DNA from: a virus
Lineage: Duplodnaviria > Caudoviricetes
DNA: 64,000 bases
IMG/VR virus record: IMGVR_UViG_3300028048_000063
Coordinates: 32,001-96,000 of that record
Strand: one strand, 5' to 3'
In this document: piece by piece, positions 1-9,445 of the stretch
Position numbering within the stretch: position 1 is the stretch's first letter
Layout of the letters: each line of letters opens with the position of its first letter
Notes under the pieces: model-generated
What the model was told of the DNA's origin: nothing
Database searches by the model: none
Seen by the model: the letters and a program-made list of their open reading frames with translations, nothing else
Translations under genes and position numbers: made by a program

Positions 1-3000
1 TGCATAAAATAACGACCACTACTAGTTTGGTCTGCTCCAATAAATGGTATTGTAATGTTTGTTAAACCATAACAACCGCTTACACAAGAACCCCAAATAT
101 ACGTTAAAGTAGATGATGACAATATTAAGTTTTGAATATGAATACAATCATAGAACGCCCCATAATATATTTTTAAAGCACGTGTAATCTCAATTTGTGT
201 TAAACTATCAGGAATATAGTATGTTTCAGAATACACAGAAGTAGAAGAACCACCATCGTAATAAACTTGTGTTACAGGACTACTACCAGTGTAATTATTA
301 GTACCAAAAATATACCCAAACAAAGTAGATCTACTTGCGCTTTGTTCGTTTTTGTTTCCACCAACAAATGGTAATAATAACGTCGTAAGTTTGCCACACC
401 CATAGAAAATTCCTTCAGCTAGTGTAGTAAATGTGCCATCAAGTTTGACCGATGTAATTTCACTACAGTTATAAAACACATCAGAACCTACATTTGTTAA
501 GTTTGGTAAGTTAAATGCTGCAACCATTTTACTACAATTGTAAAACACCTTATTAGGTAATTGTGTGATATTATTATTTAAATGTGTCGTAGTATTACCT
601 ATTTCCATACCCACTATTTCACTACATCCTTCAAAAGCGCTTTCGCCAATGCTTGTTATATTTGGTAAATTAAAACTTGATGCTAATAAACCACAATTTT
701 TAAATATTCTTGGATTAATAGTTGTAATTGTAGAACTGATTGTCGCTGAAGGTATTTTAGCACATCCGTCAAAGGCGCCTTCTCCAATACTTGTCATATT
801 CAAATTAAATGAAGAAGTTAAATTCGAACATCCGTAGAAAGCTTCTGCAGGAATTACAGAAATTTTTTGACTATTTAATGTTACTGTAATTAAACTCGAA
901 CAATTATAAAATACTCGTGCCCCTAATGTTGTTACATTTGACAAAGTAAATTGTGAGGTAAGTAATGGACATTCAGCAAAAGCTTGTTCCTCGATATTTT
1001 CCAAATTATAGTTCGATATATCGATAGAAGTTAAATTTGAACAATGATAAAAAGTTTTTTTCCTAATTACAGTATGTACTCCGGCTATGGTTATTTCTTG
1101 GATATTTTGACAATTAGAGAAAGCTCCATACAACATTATTGAATTTGCTCCTGCTATATTTACGTATTTTAATGATGTTGGTATGTAATAATCTGCGGTT
1201 TGACTGTCTGACCATGCTTGTGTCGTAGGAGATAATGCACCTATATAACTAGTAGATCCAAAAATAACGCCAAACAAAGTATTGGCAGAAGCAGTAGAAG
1301 AACTTCTTTGAGTACCGACAAATGGTAACAATAATGTTTCAAGCTTACCACACCCATAAAAAGCGCCAGCTTCTAATGTCATAAATGTACCATCAAGTTT
1401 TAGTGATGTAATTTCACTGCAATTATTAAATACACCAGAACCAACAGTTGTTAAGTTATCTAAATAAAAATCAGATTCTAGTTTTTGGCAATTATAGAAA
1501 ACCTGATCTGGCAATGTTGTAATTAGTGTGTTCTTGTTTACACCATTGTGATCAGTATTAATATTGATAACTTCAATTTTTTCACAATTATAGAAAGCAC
1601 GTGCTCCAATATTAGCTAGATTAGGAAGTACAAAATCAGATTCTAATTTTACACAATTATAAAATACATTTTCTGGTAGTTTAGTAATATATGTATTGCT
1701 AATGCCATTTCCATGTGTGTCGATATTTGATATTAATTCACAATTGTAAAAAGCGCTTGCTCCTATTTTTGCTAACTTTGGTAACATAAAATTAGACGTA
1801 AGTTTAATACAATTATTAAAAGCGCCTGTACCTATACTTGTAAGATCATTTGAATTAGTAATTGATATAGTTGTTAATTTTTTACAGTTATCAAAAGCTC
1901 CTGATCCCACCCTTGTTAGGCTACTGTCAAAAACTACTTCAGTAAGATTTGTATATTTTAAGAATGATCCATCTGGTATAATACTATCATTTTTAATTGT
2001 AATTTTACGTATATCTGATGGAATATAATAATTAGATGAATATATCTCACCATTATCAGCATAGAATTTTAATGTTGATACGATATTATGATCAGTATCA
2101 ACAAGATTTTTACCAAATATATTACTAAATGGCACTGCGTATTCTTTTTTAGATATTCCTTCGGATATATTTTTATCGCTACTGCATGATGTTGTTATTG
2201 TTTGTAAGGCAGTATAATTACTTAAAGCACTTTGACAAATAAATTTTGTATATTCATTGATATCAACGCTATTAATATCTTTACGTTCTGGGTTTGTTGA
2301 TACCAAAATCATATATGGACTATTTCTACTACCGATATATCGCAATCCCTGGCCGTCTTCCGTTAATTGTAATTTATCACATTTTTCAAATGCTGAAGTA
2401 CCTACACTTTTTAATCTATTAGTTGTATCTGATAATGAAATTTTAATTAATTCTTTTTGATTGTAAAATGCGTATGGCTTGATTCTTGTAACTTCAGGTA
2501 TCTCTATATCTGTCTCTGTGCCTTCATAAGCGACAACAGATGATGTGTCATAATCTATCCCGCCATTACCATCTGATTGACCGTATATAATAAAATCTGA
2601 GTCTGTCTTTTTTAATACACCTTTATCCTTGTCTTGTGAGTCTAAGACAACCTCTGCTGCGTAATATCCAAGATATCCTAAAGTAGGACTTCCTAATAAC
2701 AAAGCAGCACTATCATCCACAGATTCTGCACCAAGATTTGGAGCATATACCTCAACAATATTAAAGCAACAAGCAAAACTATCTTCTTTAACAACTGTGT
2801 CTTTGTCGAAATATACTTCAATTTTTCTTAAGTTATTGCAATCATAAAAAGCTTGTTCTCCAATATACTTTACAGTAGCTGGGATCATAACCTTATTATT
2901 ATTAAAATCATCTGCATCGATATCTTCTACGATACCGAGGCTTCTACATTGCAAGAATGCTCGATCACCGATATATGCTAATTGACTGTTGGATGGATCA

Positions 3001-4298
3001 ATAACTATTCTTTTTAATTTTATACAGTTATTAAAAGCACCAGTGTCTATTTTTGTAACAGTGTTTGGGATAGTCGTAGTTTCCAATTCGTCGCAACTAG
3101 AACATATGTTTGCAGGAATTTCTGTTATACCACTACCGAAAGTAATTGACTTTAGACTCTTGCAATCCTCAAAGCATCTAGGCCCGATATATTTTACAGA
3201 ATCAGGAATAACTATATTAATAAGCTCTGCGCTATTTTTAAATGCTTCACTACCGATATATACAACAGTGTTTGGTATAGTAATTTCTGTTAAATTACAA
3301 TCATAAAAAGCATTATTTAAAATAAATTTTGTAGTATTAGCCAACTCACCATTGTAATTACCTAATATTGTTTTGTTTGTGTCTAGATATCCTTCGTGTT
3401 TAGTTTGTATATCTACAGCTACGGCTTGATAATTACCTGTCATTAATGTATTGACCGCTTCATCAACACCTATTAAAATTTTATTAGTAGCACCAAGATA
3501 TTTACCCATGCCATCTCTACTGATATTTAAATTACTACAACCAGAGAAAGCATCACGACCCACATAATTAATGTCAGCATTATTATTGATATTTACTGTC
3601 GTTATACTTAAATCGTTAATAAAAGCATAATCAGAAATATCACTGTTAATTAAAACAGTTGTAAATGGAGTATCTGATGTATTACATAAATTCTTACTAT
3701 AATATACAGGATTAGAATATTTTGATTCAAATTTAATCTGACCCCAATTTAGAATATTTGGCGTCCTTACCATTCCACCTTGTGTAAAACTACAATTTAA
3801 GAAAGCCCCGTTTTTAACCTCTTTAACGTTAGCTTTTAATGTAAGTTTTTGGAATCGGTAACATACAAACGTAAACGATTGAATGACTTGAGCATTAATC
3901 TGGATATCGGATCCAAAGTTTATAATCTGACAAGTACCCTGTTTAACGCTTAATGGGTTTGCATAATAGTTTTCAAATTCAATACTAGCCCATTCATCTA
4001 CTGTACCTAAATATTGTAAATTGGTAGTGATTTTACAGTGCTTAAAAACATCTTTTTGTATTTTTTTTAATTTTTTATTTAATGTTAAACTAAATAAAGT
4101 TGTATAACTTTGTCCTGTTGGTGGATCAAAAGCTCCGGAAGCGATGATTTCTGTGTTACTATTAATAGTAACCGATGTATGCTGTGGATCTAAGTTTTCA
4201 TACTTTTTAAGTATCAAATATAAATTATCAGATGTACCAAGATATGTATATTTTGCGTAACTTTCTTCAACCTCAGTTTCAATTAAAAGTTGATCCAT
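1..4298 (-). CDS. Very large BspA/LRR_5-type leucine-rich repeat protein (>1430 aa, 3' end beyond the window)
   Basis: Missing from the ORF track, apparently because it has no stop in the window. ATG at 4298 with GGAGG upstream; reads MDQLLIETEVEESYAKY... Contains repeats such as TIPNTVVYIGSEAFKN, IPDSVKYIGPRCFEDCKSL, IPNTVTKIDTGAFNNC. Same frame at the window edge (...ITIPFIGADQTSSGRYFM). Internal duplication of ~300-560 vs ~1250-1510. Confidence 0.88.
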   Translation of the reverse strand, partial: MDQLLIETEVEESYAKYTYLGTSDNLYLILKKYENLDPQHTSVTINSNTEIIASGAFDPPTGQSYTTLFSLTLNKKLKKIQKDVFKHCKITTNLQYLGTVDEWASIEFENYYANPLSVKQGTCQIINFGSDIQINAQVIQSFTFVCYRFQKLTLKANVKEVKNGAFLNCSFTQGGMVRTPNILNWGQIKFESKYSNPVYYSKNLCNTSDTPFTTVLINSDISDYAFINDLSITTVNINNNADINYVGRDAFSGCSNLNISRDGMGKYLGATNKILIGVDEAVNTLMTGNYQAVAVDIQTKHEGYLDTNKTILGNYNGELANTTKFILNNAFYDCNLTEITIPNTVVYIGSEAFKNSAELINIVIPDSVKYIGPRCFEDCKSLKSITFGSGITEIPANICSSCDELETTTIPNTVTKIDTGAFNNCIKLKRIVIDPSNSQLAYIGDRAFLQCRSLGIVEDIDADDFNNNKVMIPATVKYIGEQAFYDCNNLRKIEVYFDKDTVVKEDSFACCFNIVEVYAPNLGAESVDDSAALLLGSPTLGYLGYYAAEVVLDSQDKDKGVLKKTDSDFIIYGQSDGNGGIDYDTSSVVAYEGTETDIEIPEVTRIKPYAFYNQKELIKISLSDTTNRLKSVGTSAFEKCDKLQLTEDGQGLRYIGSRNSPYMILVSTNPERKDINSVDINEYTKFICQSALSNYTALQTITTSCSSDKNISEGISKKEYAVPFSNIFGKNLVDTDHNIVSTLKFYADNGEIYSSNYYIPSDIRKITIKNDSIIPDGSFLKYTNLTEVVFDSSLTRVGSGAFDNCKKLTTISITNSNDLTSIGTGAFNNCIKLTSNFMLPKLAKIGASAFYNCELISNIDTHGNGISNTYITKLPENVFYNCVKLESDFVLPNLANIGARAFYNCEKIEVININTDHNGVNKNTLITTLPDQVFYNCQKLESDFYLDNLTTVGSGVFNNCSEITSLKLDGTFMTLEAGAFYGCGKLETLLLPFVGTQRSSSTASANTLFGVIFGSTSYIGALSPTTQAWSDSQTADYYIPTSLKYVNIAGANSIMLYGAFSNCQNIQEITIAGVHTVIRKKTFYHCSNLTSIDISNYNLENIEEQAFAECPLLTSQFTLSNVTTLGARVFYNCSSLITVTLNSQKISVIPAEAFYGCSNLTSSFNLNMTSIGEGAFDGCAKIPSATISSTITTINPRIFKNCGLLASSFNLPNITSIGESAFEGCSEIVGMEIGNTTTHLNNNITQLPNKVFYNCSKMVAAFNLPNLTNVGSDVFYNCSEITSVKLDGTFTTLAEGIFYGCGKLTTLLLPFVGGNKNEQSASRSTLFGYIFGTNNYTGSSPVTQVYYDGGSSTSVYSETYYIPDSLTQIEITRALKIYYGAFYDCIHIQNLILSSSTLTYIWGSCVSGCYGLTNITIPFIGADQTSSGRYFM

Positions 4299-4337
4299 AT
4301 TTTTTCCTCCTATTTTTTTATTTTTTAATTTATATAT

Positions 4338-4365
4338 AAAAAACCATATTAGTTTTAATATGGTT
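4338..4365 (-). terminator. Intrinsic terminator after truncated dnaE
   Basis: AACCATATTA-AAAC-TAATATGGTT followed by TTTT on the minus strand, 12 nt after the stop. Confidence 0.65.
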
Positions 4366-4377
4366 GAATTTTTTTAT

Positions 4378-6768
4378 TTACTTATCTTGCAGCCCTTTTC
4401 TAAAGAAATCTTCTTTTAGTTTTATCAACTGCTTTTGTTGTTTTTTTGCTATAGCTTTACGGGCAGCATTTGCTTCGCCAAGCGTAAATCCACAGACCTG
4501 TGGATCCATTAATATCCTCATGAGAACTTCCTGGGAACCAGAAACACCGTTAGTACCTTGTAAATACTTTTTCATAATCTCTATCTCATCATCTGTAAGT
4601 CCTTCCTCGTACATCTCTAATAACCATGCCTCAGGATTATCTCTGAAACGCACATAACGATCGATAGGTTGTTCTATATCTTCTGTTTGTAGCCTCATGA
4701 TCGAGTTAACTTCTGCTAATTGCATAACATTTTCTGGTCTTGCTTTTTCAATACAAACAGCCCCAACCTGTGTATCAAATTGGAATAGATCACTAATCTT
4801 TCCTTCTGCTGCATTTTTCCACATCTGTGGATCCTTGTATTCAAGTACGTCTGGATGTATGTATTTATCATACGTTGCACGTAAACTTCCTTGCCATTCA
4901 ATTAAACCATCTCTTAATAAAAGCTCTAAGCATTTAGCTATTTTCGATTGTGCGTTTGTACGCAATACGTCCATTTTTAATGCACCCATATCATCAGAGT
5001 CATGCATATTAAATGCTGTAATCTTAACTTTATTAGGAGCTCTCATTAAACTGTTTTGAGCGAGATAACCATCATTAAAAACATATAATGCACTAGCATG
5101 TATACTTGCATTTGTAGGGATACCTTCAACCTTTCTAATAGCTTCGAACAAACCAGGATATGCTCTAATTTTATCTTCAAATCCTGCAACAGCTTCAAAA
5201 CCCTGCTCTTCGTCTCCATATAAACATTGATCTAAGGTATAAGAATTACCTCTATGAAAAGGCACAAGGGCTGCTAAAGCTTGCATTTCATCGCTATTAT
5301 ATCCAAGTCCTCTACCACAACATAAAATAGCTGAACGTAAGGACTCGGTCTTGAATGTTGCGCAGTTGAGAACATTATCTTCTCCGTAGGTTTTTTTAAG
5401 AAGTTCTGTAATATCTTTTGTTCTCTCTGGTTGGAAGTCTTCATCCACATCTGGAAGCTCTACTCTTTCTTTATTTAAGAAACGCCAATATGGAAGATCA
5501 TACTGTAAAGGATCTGCTTGAGTAATACCTAATAAATAATTAATATAGAAACCACAAGCGCTACCTCTGCCGACTCCACATAAGCTTACATTCCAAGCTA
5601 TGTCTACTATATTTTTTGTAAGATTTAGATAAGCACTTAGCTTTTGACCTAGACGTGTACTAATATAATCTAAAATGTCTAATTCGGTATTTATTCTATC
5701 TATTTTGATATCATCAAGTACTACATTCTTATTTTTAATACCCTGTTCGATTTGATACATTAAATATACATCTTGTTGGTCATCGCTCTCATAAAACTTC
5801 TTAATCATCGGATATTTTCCATTTTCGCAAAAGTTATATAATATTTGCGATAAAGTAAATTCAGGAATTTTAATTTTTGGAACGATAGTACCGTGTCTAA
5901 AATCAATATTTTCTATCTGATCGGCAATTTTACAAGTATTTTCAAAAGCTTTTTTGATTTGGTCTTCTGTTAATCCGCCAGCCATTAAAATAGTTTTCAT
6001 TTCATCTTCTGTCATGATATAAGTAAAACGATAAAACTTTTCAGTTTCACGATCTTTACTTTGTCTACTATTCAAGAAAGCTGAGTGAATACCAAAATCA
6101 TTTTTATCTAAATAATGACTATCTGTTGTAACGATATATGGAATGTCATAATGTTCCGCCATTTTAATTAATACACCGTTGACTTTAATTTGTTCTTCAT
6201 TATCTGATGGTTGTAATTCTAAAGAGAAATTATCTTTGCCGAAGACTTTAATACACCAACGTATAAACTCGTTTGCTTTACTTACGTCATGTTCTAAGAT
6301 TTTATTAGGTAAGAACCCACCCAAACAAGCTGTAGATCCAAAAATGTGTCCTGGGTTAGATCCTATAACCTTCTCGATATCTTGATATGTTGTTGGAACT
6401 CTCATAATGCCTTTTTCAAAATATCCACGTTCCCATGCGATAGAAGATAATTGTTTAAGTTGGTACCACCCTTCTAAATCTTTAGCCAATAAGATAAAAT
6501 GATAATACTTATTAGTATTACCTATCTCACTTTCATCAATAAGATAAATTTCATTTCCAAAAATAATCTTAAAATCTGGATTTGTGTCTTTAATTTTATC
6601 TTTCGTTTTAAGTATATCTATCGCTGAAGATAGAGCTTCATGGTCTGTAAAAGCTATACCAGAAAAACCAAGAGATATGGCTTTATTTACCATATCTTCT
6701 GGTCTGTTTATACTATCTAAAAAACGAATATTTGACGAATACGTGTGATTATGAAGTGATGTAAACAT
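4378..6768 (-). CDS. dnaE: DNA polymerase III alpha subunit (DnaE), N-terminal ~800 aa only
   Basis: PHP motifs HNHT, TDH, DSH; GRGS; catalytic PDVDED; SIHA; KMDVL. Ends just after RKAIAKK, without the GYxFxxxH motif or the HhH/OB region. Confidence 0.93.
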   Translation of the reverse strand: MFTSLHNHTYSSNIRFLDSINRPEDMVNKAISLGFSGIAFTDHEALSSAIDILKTKDKIKDTNPDFKIIFGNEIYLIDESEIGNTNKYYHFILLAKDLEGWYQLKQLSSIAWERGYFEKGIMRVPTTYQDIEKVIGSNPGHIFGSTACLGGFLPNKILEHDVSKANEFIRWCIKVFGKDNFSLELQPSDNEEQIKVNGVLIKMAEHYDIPYIVTTDSHYLDKNDFGIHSAFLNSRQSKDRETEKFYRFTYIMTEDEMKTILMAGGLTEDQIKKAFENTCKIADQIENIDFRHGTIVPKIKIPEFTLSQILYNFCENGKYPMIKKFYESDDQQDVYLMYQIEQGIKNKNVVLDDIKIDRINTELDILDYISTRLGQKLSAYLNLTKNIVDIAWNVSLCGVGRGSACGFYINYLLGITQADPLQYDLPYWRFLNKERVELPDVDEDFQPERTKDITELLKKTYGEDNVLNCATFKTESLRSAILCCGRGLGYNSDEMQALAALVPFHRGNSYTLDQCLYGDEEQGFEAVAGFEDKIRAYPGLFEAIRKVEGIPTNASIHASALYVFNDGYLAQNSLMRAPNKVKITAFNMHDSDDMGALKMDVLRTNAQSKIAKCLELLLRDGLIEWQGSLRATYDKYIHPDVLEYKDPQMWKNAAEGKISDLFQFDTQVGAVCIEKARPENVMQLAEVNSIMRLQTEDIEQPIDRYVRFRDNPEAWLLEMYEEGLTDDEIEIMKKYLQGTNGVSGSQEVLMRILMDPQVCGFTLGEANAARKAIAKKQQKQLIKLKEDFFRKGLQDK

Positions 6769-6803
6769 AACATTCCTCTTGTATTTATTATTTTTATACT
6801 AAT

Positions 6804-6832
6804 ATTATACTGGATATTATTCTAAAAATCAA
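6804..6832 (-). promoter_or_regulatory. Sigma-A-type promoter for dnaE
   Basis: TTGATT-17 nt-TATAAT. Confidence 0.8.
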
Positions 6833-7308
6833 CTATTTTGTTCAGGTTTATAATATGTTCTAAAAACTAATATATCGTCTTCTAAACTTTCATCAACACC
6901 TGGACAGAAGTTTAAAAAGTCTTGATTAAGACTATTTAAAACACGTGGGTTTAATTTTTTAGCATAATGTCTTTCGTTTTTCCCGTATGTTTTTGTGTCC
7001 CAGAATACATGATTATCTTGGTCTATGTCTAAGGAATATTCTGACCACATTGTTTCAATAAAATCTTTGATTTTTTGAAGTGTTTTAAAGTTACATGCCA
7101 AATTATCTAATGGAACGATATTCTTTCCTTCCTCTGCTTTATATTTTTCAATAAAATCAGTCATACCACATGCCCTATAAAAAGAGATCATGCTACAGAT
7201 AGGGATGTCATCAGCATCTTCTTTTCGCCAATCTTCTAGTTCATCAAAGTCGAGGTCGATTGTTGCTCTAACTTTTTCTTCAAATAATACTTTATCTTTT
7301 TCTTCCAT
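6829..7308 (-). CDS. Hypothetical protein (159 aa)
   Basis: ORF with GGAG SD, in the replication operon; no recognised motif. Confidence 0.75.
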   Translation of the reverse strand: MEEKDKVLFEEKVRATIDLDFDELEDWRKEDADDIPICSMISFYRACGMTDFIEKYKAEEGKNIVPLDNLACNFKTLQKIKDFIETMWSEYSLDIDQDNHVFWDTKTYGKNERHYAKKLNPRVLNSLNQDFLNFCPGVDESLEDDILVFRTYYKPEQNS

Positions 7309-7317
7309 AATATCTCC

Positions 7318-8313
7318 TTATAACTCGATCTTCTCTTCTTCTGTTTTATTTTGTGCTTGTTTCTTGAGTTCATGATTCATGATACTCTCGTGATTTTCCA
7401 TACCTCTCCATTTATGAGATACGGCGTGTGTCTTGTTCTCACGTGTCCATAAAGAATAATATGGGCATAAGTTTTTACCAGCCTCTGGTTGATTTGGATT
7501 TGTTGGACAGAAATTACACCAATGACATAGTGGTGATGGGTTTGGTTCGTAATTACCCGCATCAATACCTGTGAATATTTCGTCTAACTTTTTCATACCA
7601 CGCTGCATAAATCCTGGCGTACCAGCTTTTTGTTTTGTTTGACAGAATGGTAAATCATAAAAACATTCTATATCTTCATATGGAACATTTAATGTTGTAT
7701 GCAGAGCATAAACATATACTACAAATTGTAATGGTGTCACAAGCTCTGCGTCTTTAAATAACTTGCCCTTTGTTTTAATATCTTCTACGATGTATTTACC
7801 AGTGTTCTTATTATAGAAAATTCTATCAATAAAACCACTGAGAGTATAACCATTATACGTTACTGAGAAGAATTTTTCCATATCATAGACTTCTAAACCA
7901 GGATTATCTTTAATATAATTTTCTAATCTATAAATACCAAAGTTTAAATAATCCTCTACCTTTGTATTATAAGAAACGCCATTGTCATCTGGTTCGTAAA
8001 ATTCTTCCTTATATTTTTCTTTTAAGATGTTTATTCCATAAACACCGCCCTTTGTATCATATGGTGATGTCTTAGGAATATTGATGTTATAAAATTCGTC
8101 TTTCAATTGGTCATAGTTTATTTCTTCATGATTTTTTAAGCTTCTAGCTATGCTTTCTTCTATATAGTGCAATGTCGTACCTAAATCTGCTGCTAATGAA
8201 TCAACATTAACAAAATGACCGTCAAGGTATGAAAGCTTGTATTTCCATGCGCAGCTATTGTAAACGTTTAGTCGTGAATACGAATATTTAACTGGCTTTT
8301 TATATTCTGCCAT
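7318..8313 (-). CDS. PD-(D/E)xK exonuclease, RecB/Cas4/AddB-like, with probable Fe-S staple
   Basis: SYSRL..Y..C, GTTLH, GFIDRI, EDIKT, QFVVY, and C-terminal CHWCNFC. Confidence 0.88.
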   Translation of the reverse strand: MAEYKKPVKYSYSRLNVYNSCAWKYKLSYLDGHFVNVDSLAADLGTTLHYIEESIARSLKNHEEINYDQLKDEFYNINIPKTSPYDTKGGVYGINILKEKYKEEFYEPDDNGVSYNTKVEDYLNFGIYRLENYIKDNPGLEVYDMEKFFSVTYNGYTLSGFIDRIFYNKNTGKYIVEDIKTKGKLFKDAELVTPLQFVVYVYALHTTLNVPYEDIECFYDLPFCQTKQKAGTPGFMQRGMKKLDEIFTGIDAGNYEPNPSPLCHWCNFCPTNPNQPEAGKNLCPYYSLWTRENKTHAVSHKWRGMENHESIMNHELKKQAQNKTEEEKIEL

Positions 8314-9433
8314 GTTTCTTTCCTCCTTTTTTTATTTCTTCGTTATATGTGTATAACTTTATCCTATTATGATAAAGTTGTTCAAATATCTCTTTTCCAC
8401 AGTCTGTAGGCGAAGCTTTATATGGTGTTAAATGATCATAGTCCATAACTACGGATACATTAACATATGGCAATAAAGGTGATACTGTTTTTAATAATTT
8501 TTCTTCGTATTGTGTAGTATCCTCACTGCCTTTGCCACCCTCGAACTCTCTGTCATATCCGAGTACAATTTCTTCAACTCCTAAGTCTAATAATAAATTC
8601 ATTTGCTCCTTAGAAAATGAGGATCCACAAGTTGCTACTGCCCAACAATTCTCTACTCCATACATTGTAGCTAACTGTAAAACAGATTTTTCTGACTCTG
8701 CAACAAATGCCTTTTTAATTCGTGCAATTGTATCCTTATTTTCAAATAATCCAAATAAATTTTTACCAAGACTGTGCTTATATATATCTCCCTGTATAAT
8801 TACGGGCATATATTTCTTTCCAGCATCAACTTCGATAGGGTCGTAAGATCTTCCTCTGATACCAACTAATTCTCCATCAATATTCCTATGTGGGATTATA
8901 ACTTTGTGTAAAGCTGAGTCTACACGGATCCCATAATATCTCATAACATCCTTACTTATACCATCTTTAAGCCATTCTGTTGGGGCTGCTAATGGATAAA
9001 AATATTCCAATAGATTTTCGTGGATTGGTGGGATTGTTACGTCTTCTTTTTCAACTTTTGCATAGTCTTGAATTTTTTGAAAAATATCCCAATCGTCAGT
9101 TAATTCCGTACTTTCGACTTCTTCAAACCCTATTTCTCGCAAATTAAAGAACTTTACGATATAGTCTAAAGCTCCTTTAAAATCCGTATCTAAAGTGCTT
9201 TGAACTACCTCGAAAATGTCTGGACTTTTCCCACATGTATAGCAATGGAATAATTTAGTTTCTGGATAATAATATAACTTGTCTTCACTATCTCCTTTGT
9301 GACAAAGATAGGTATTAAATGTTGGATGTTCGTAACGGTCATACCCACATCTATCTGTTCCCTGTAAGAAGCAGCAAAGTTTGATAATATCTTCAGTTGT
9401 TAATCTTTCTTTGATTTTGTCTGACGTTAACAT
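8300..9433 (-). CDS. Phage DNA primase (Zn finger + TOPRIM)
   Basis: CH...FHCYTC zinc finger; IIPHRN..G..VGIRGR; TOPRIM ESEKS and GYDRE; directly follows the helicase. Confidence 0.9.
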   Translation of the reverse strand: MLTSDKIKERLTTEDIIKLCCFLQGTDRCGYDRYEHPTFNTYLCHKGDSEDKLYYYPETKLFHCYTCGKSPDIFEVVQSTLDTDFKGALDYIVKFFNLREIGFEEVESTELTDDWDIFQKIQDYAKVEKEDVTIPPIHENLLEYFYPLAAPTEWLKDGISKDVMRYYGIRVDSALHKVIIPHRNIDGELVGIRGRSYDPIEVDAGKKYMPVIIQGDIYKHSLGKNLFGLFENKDTIARIKKAFVAESEKSVLQLATMYGVENCWAVATCGSSFSKEQMNLLLDLGVEEIVLGYDREFEGGKGSEDTTQYEEKLLKTVSPLLPYVNVSVVMDYDHLTPYKASPTDCGKEIFEQLYHNRIKLYTYNEEIKKGGKKHGRI

Positions 9434-9445
9434 ATTCTCACCTCA

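Noticed and set aside
4299-4400. Split intein or group I intron explaining the DnaE truncation
   Set aside because: No intein N-terminal block follows the extein, and the ~80-nt gap is AT-rich with only a terminator hairpin.
7318-8313. Cas4-like nuclease as evidence of a CRISPR-Cas locus
   Set aside because: No cas1/cas2, effector genes or repeat-spacer array were seen; solo Cas4-like nucleases are common in phage replication modules.
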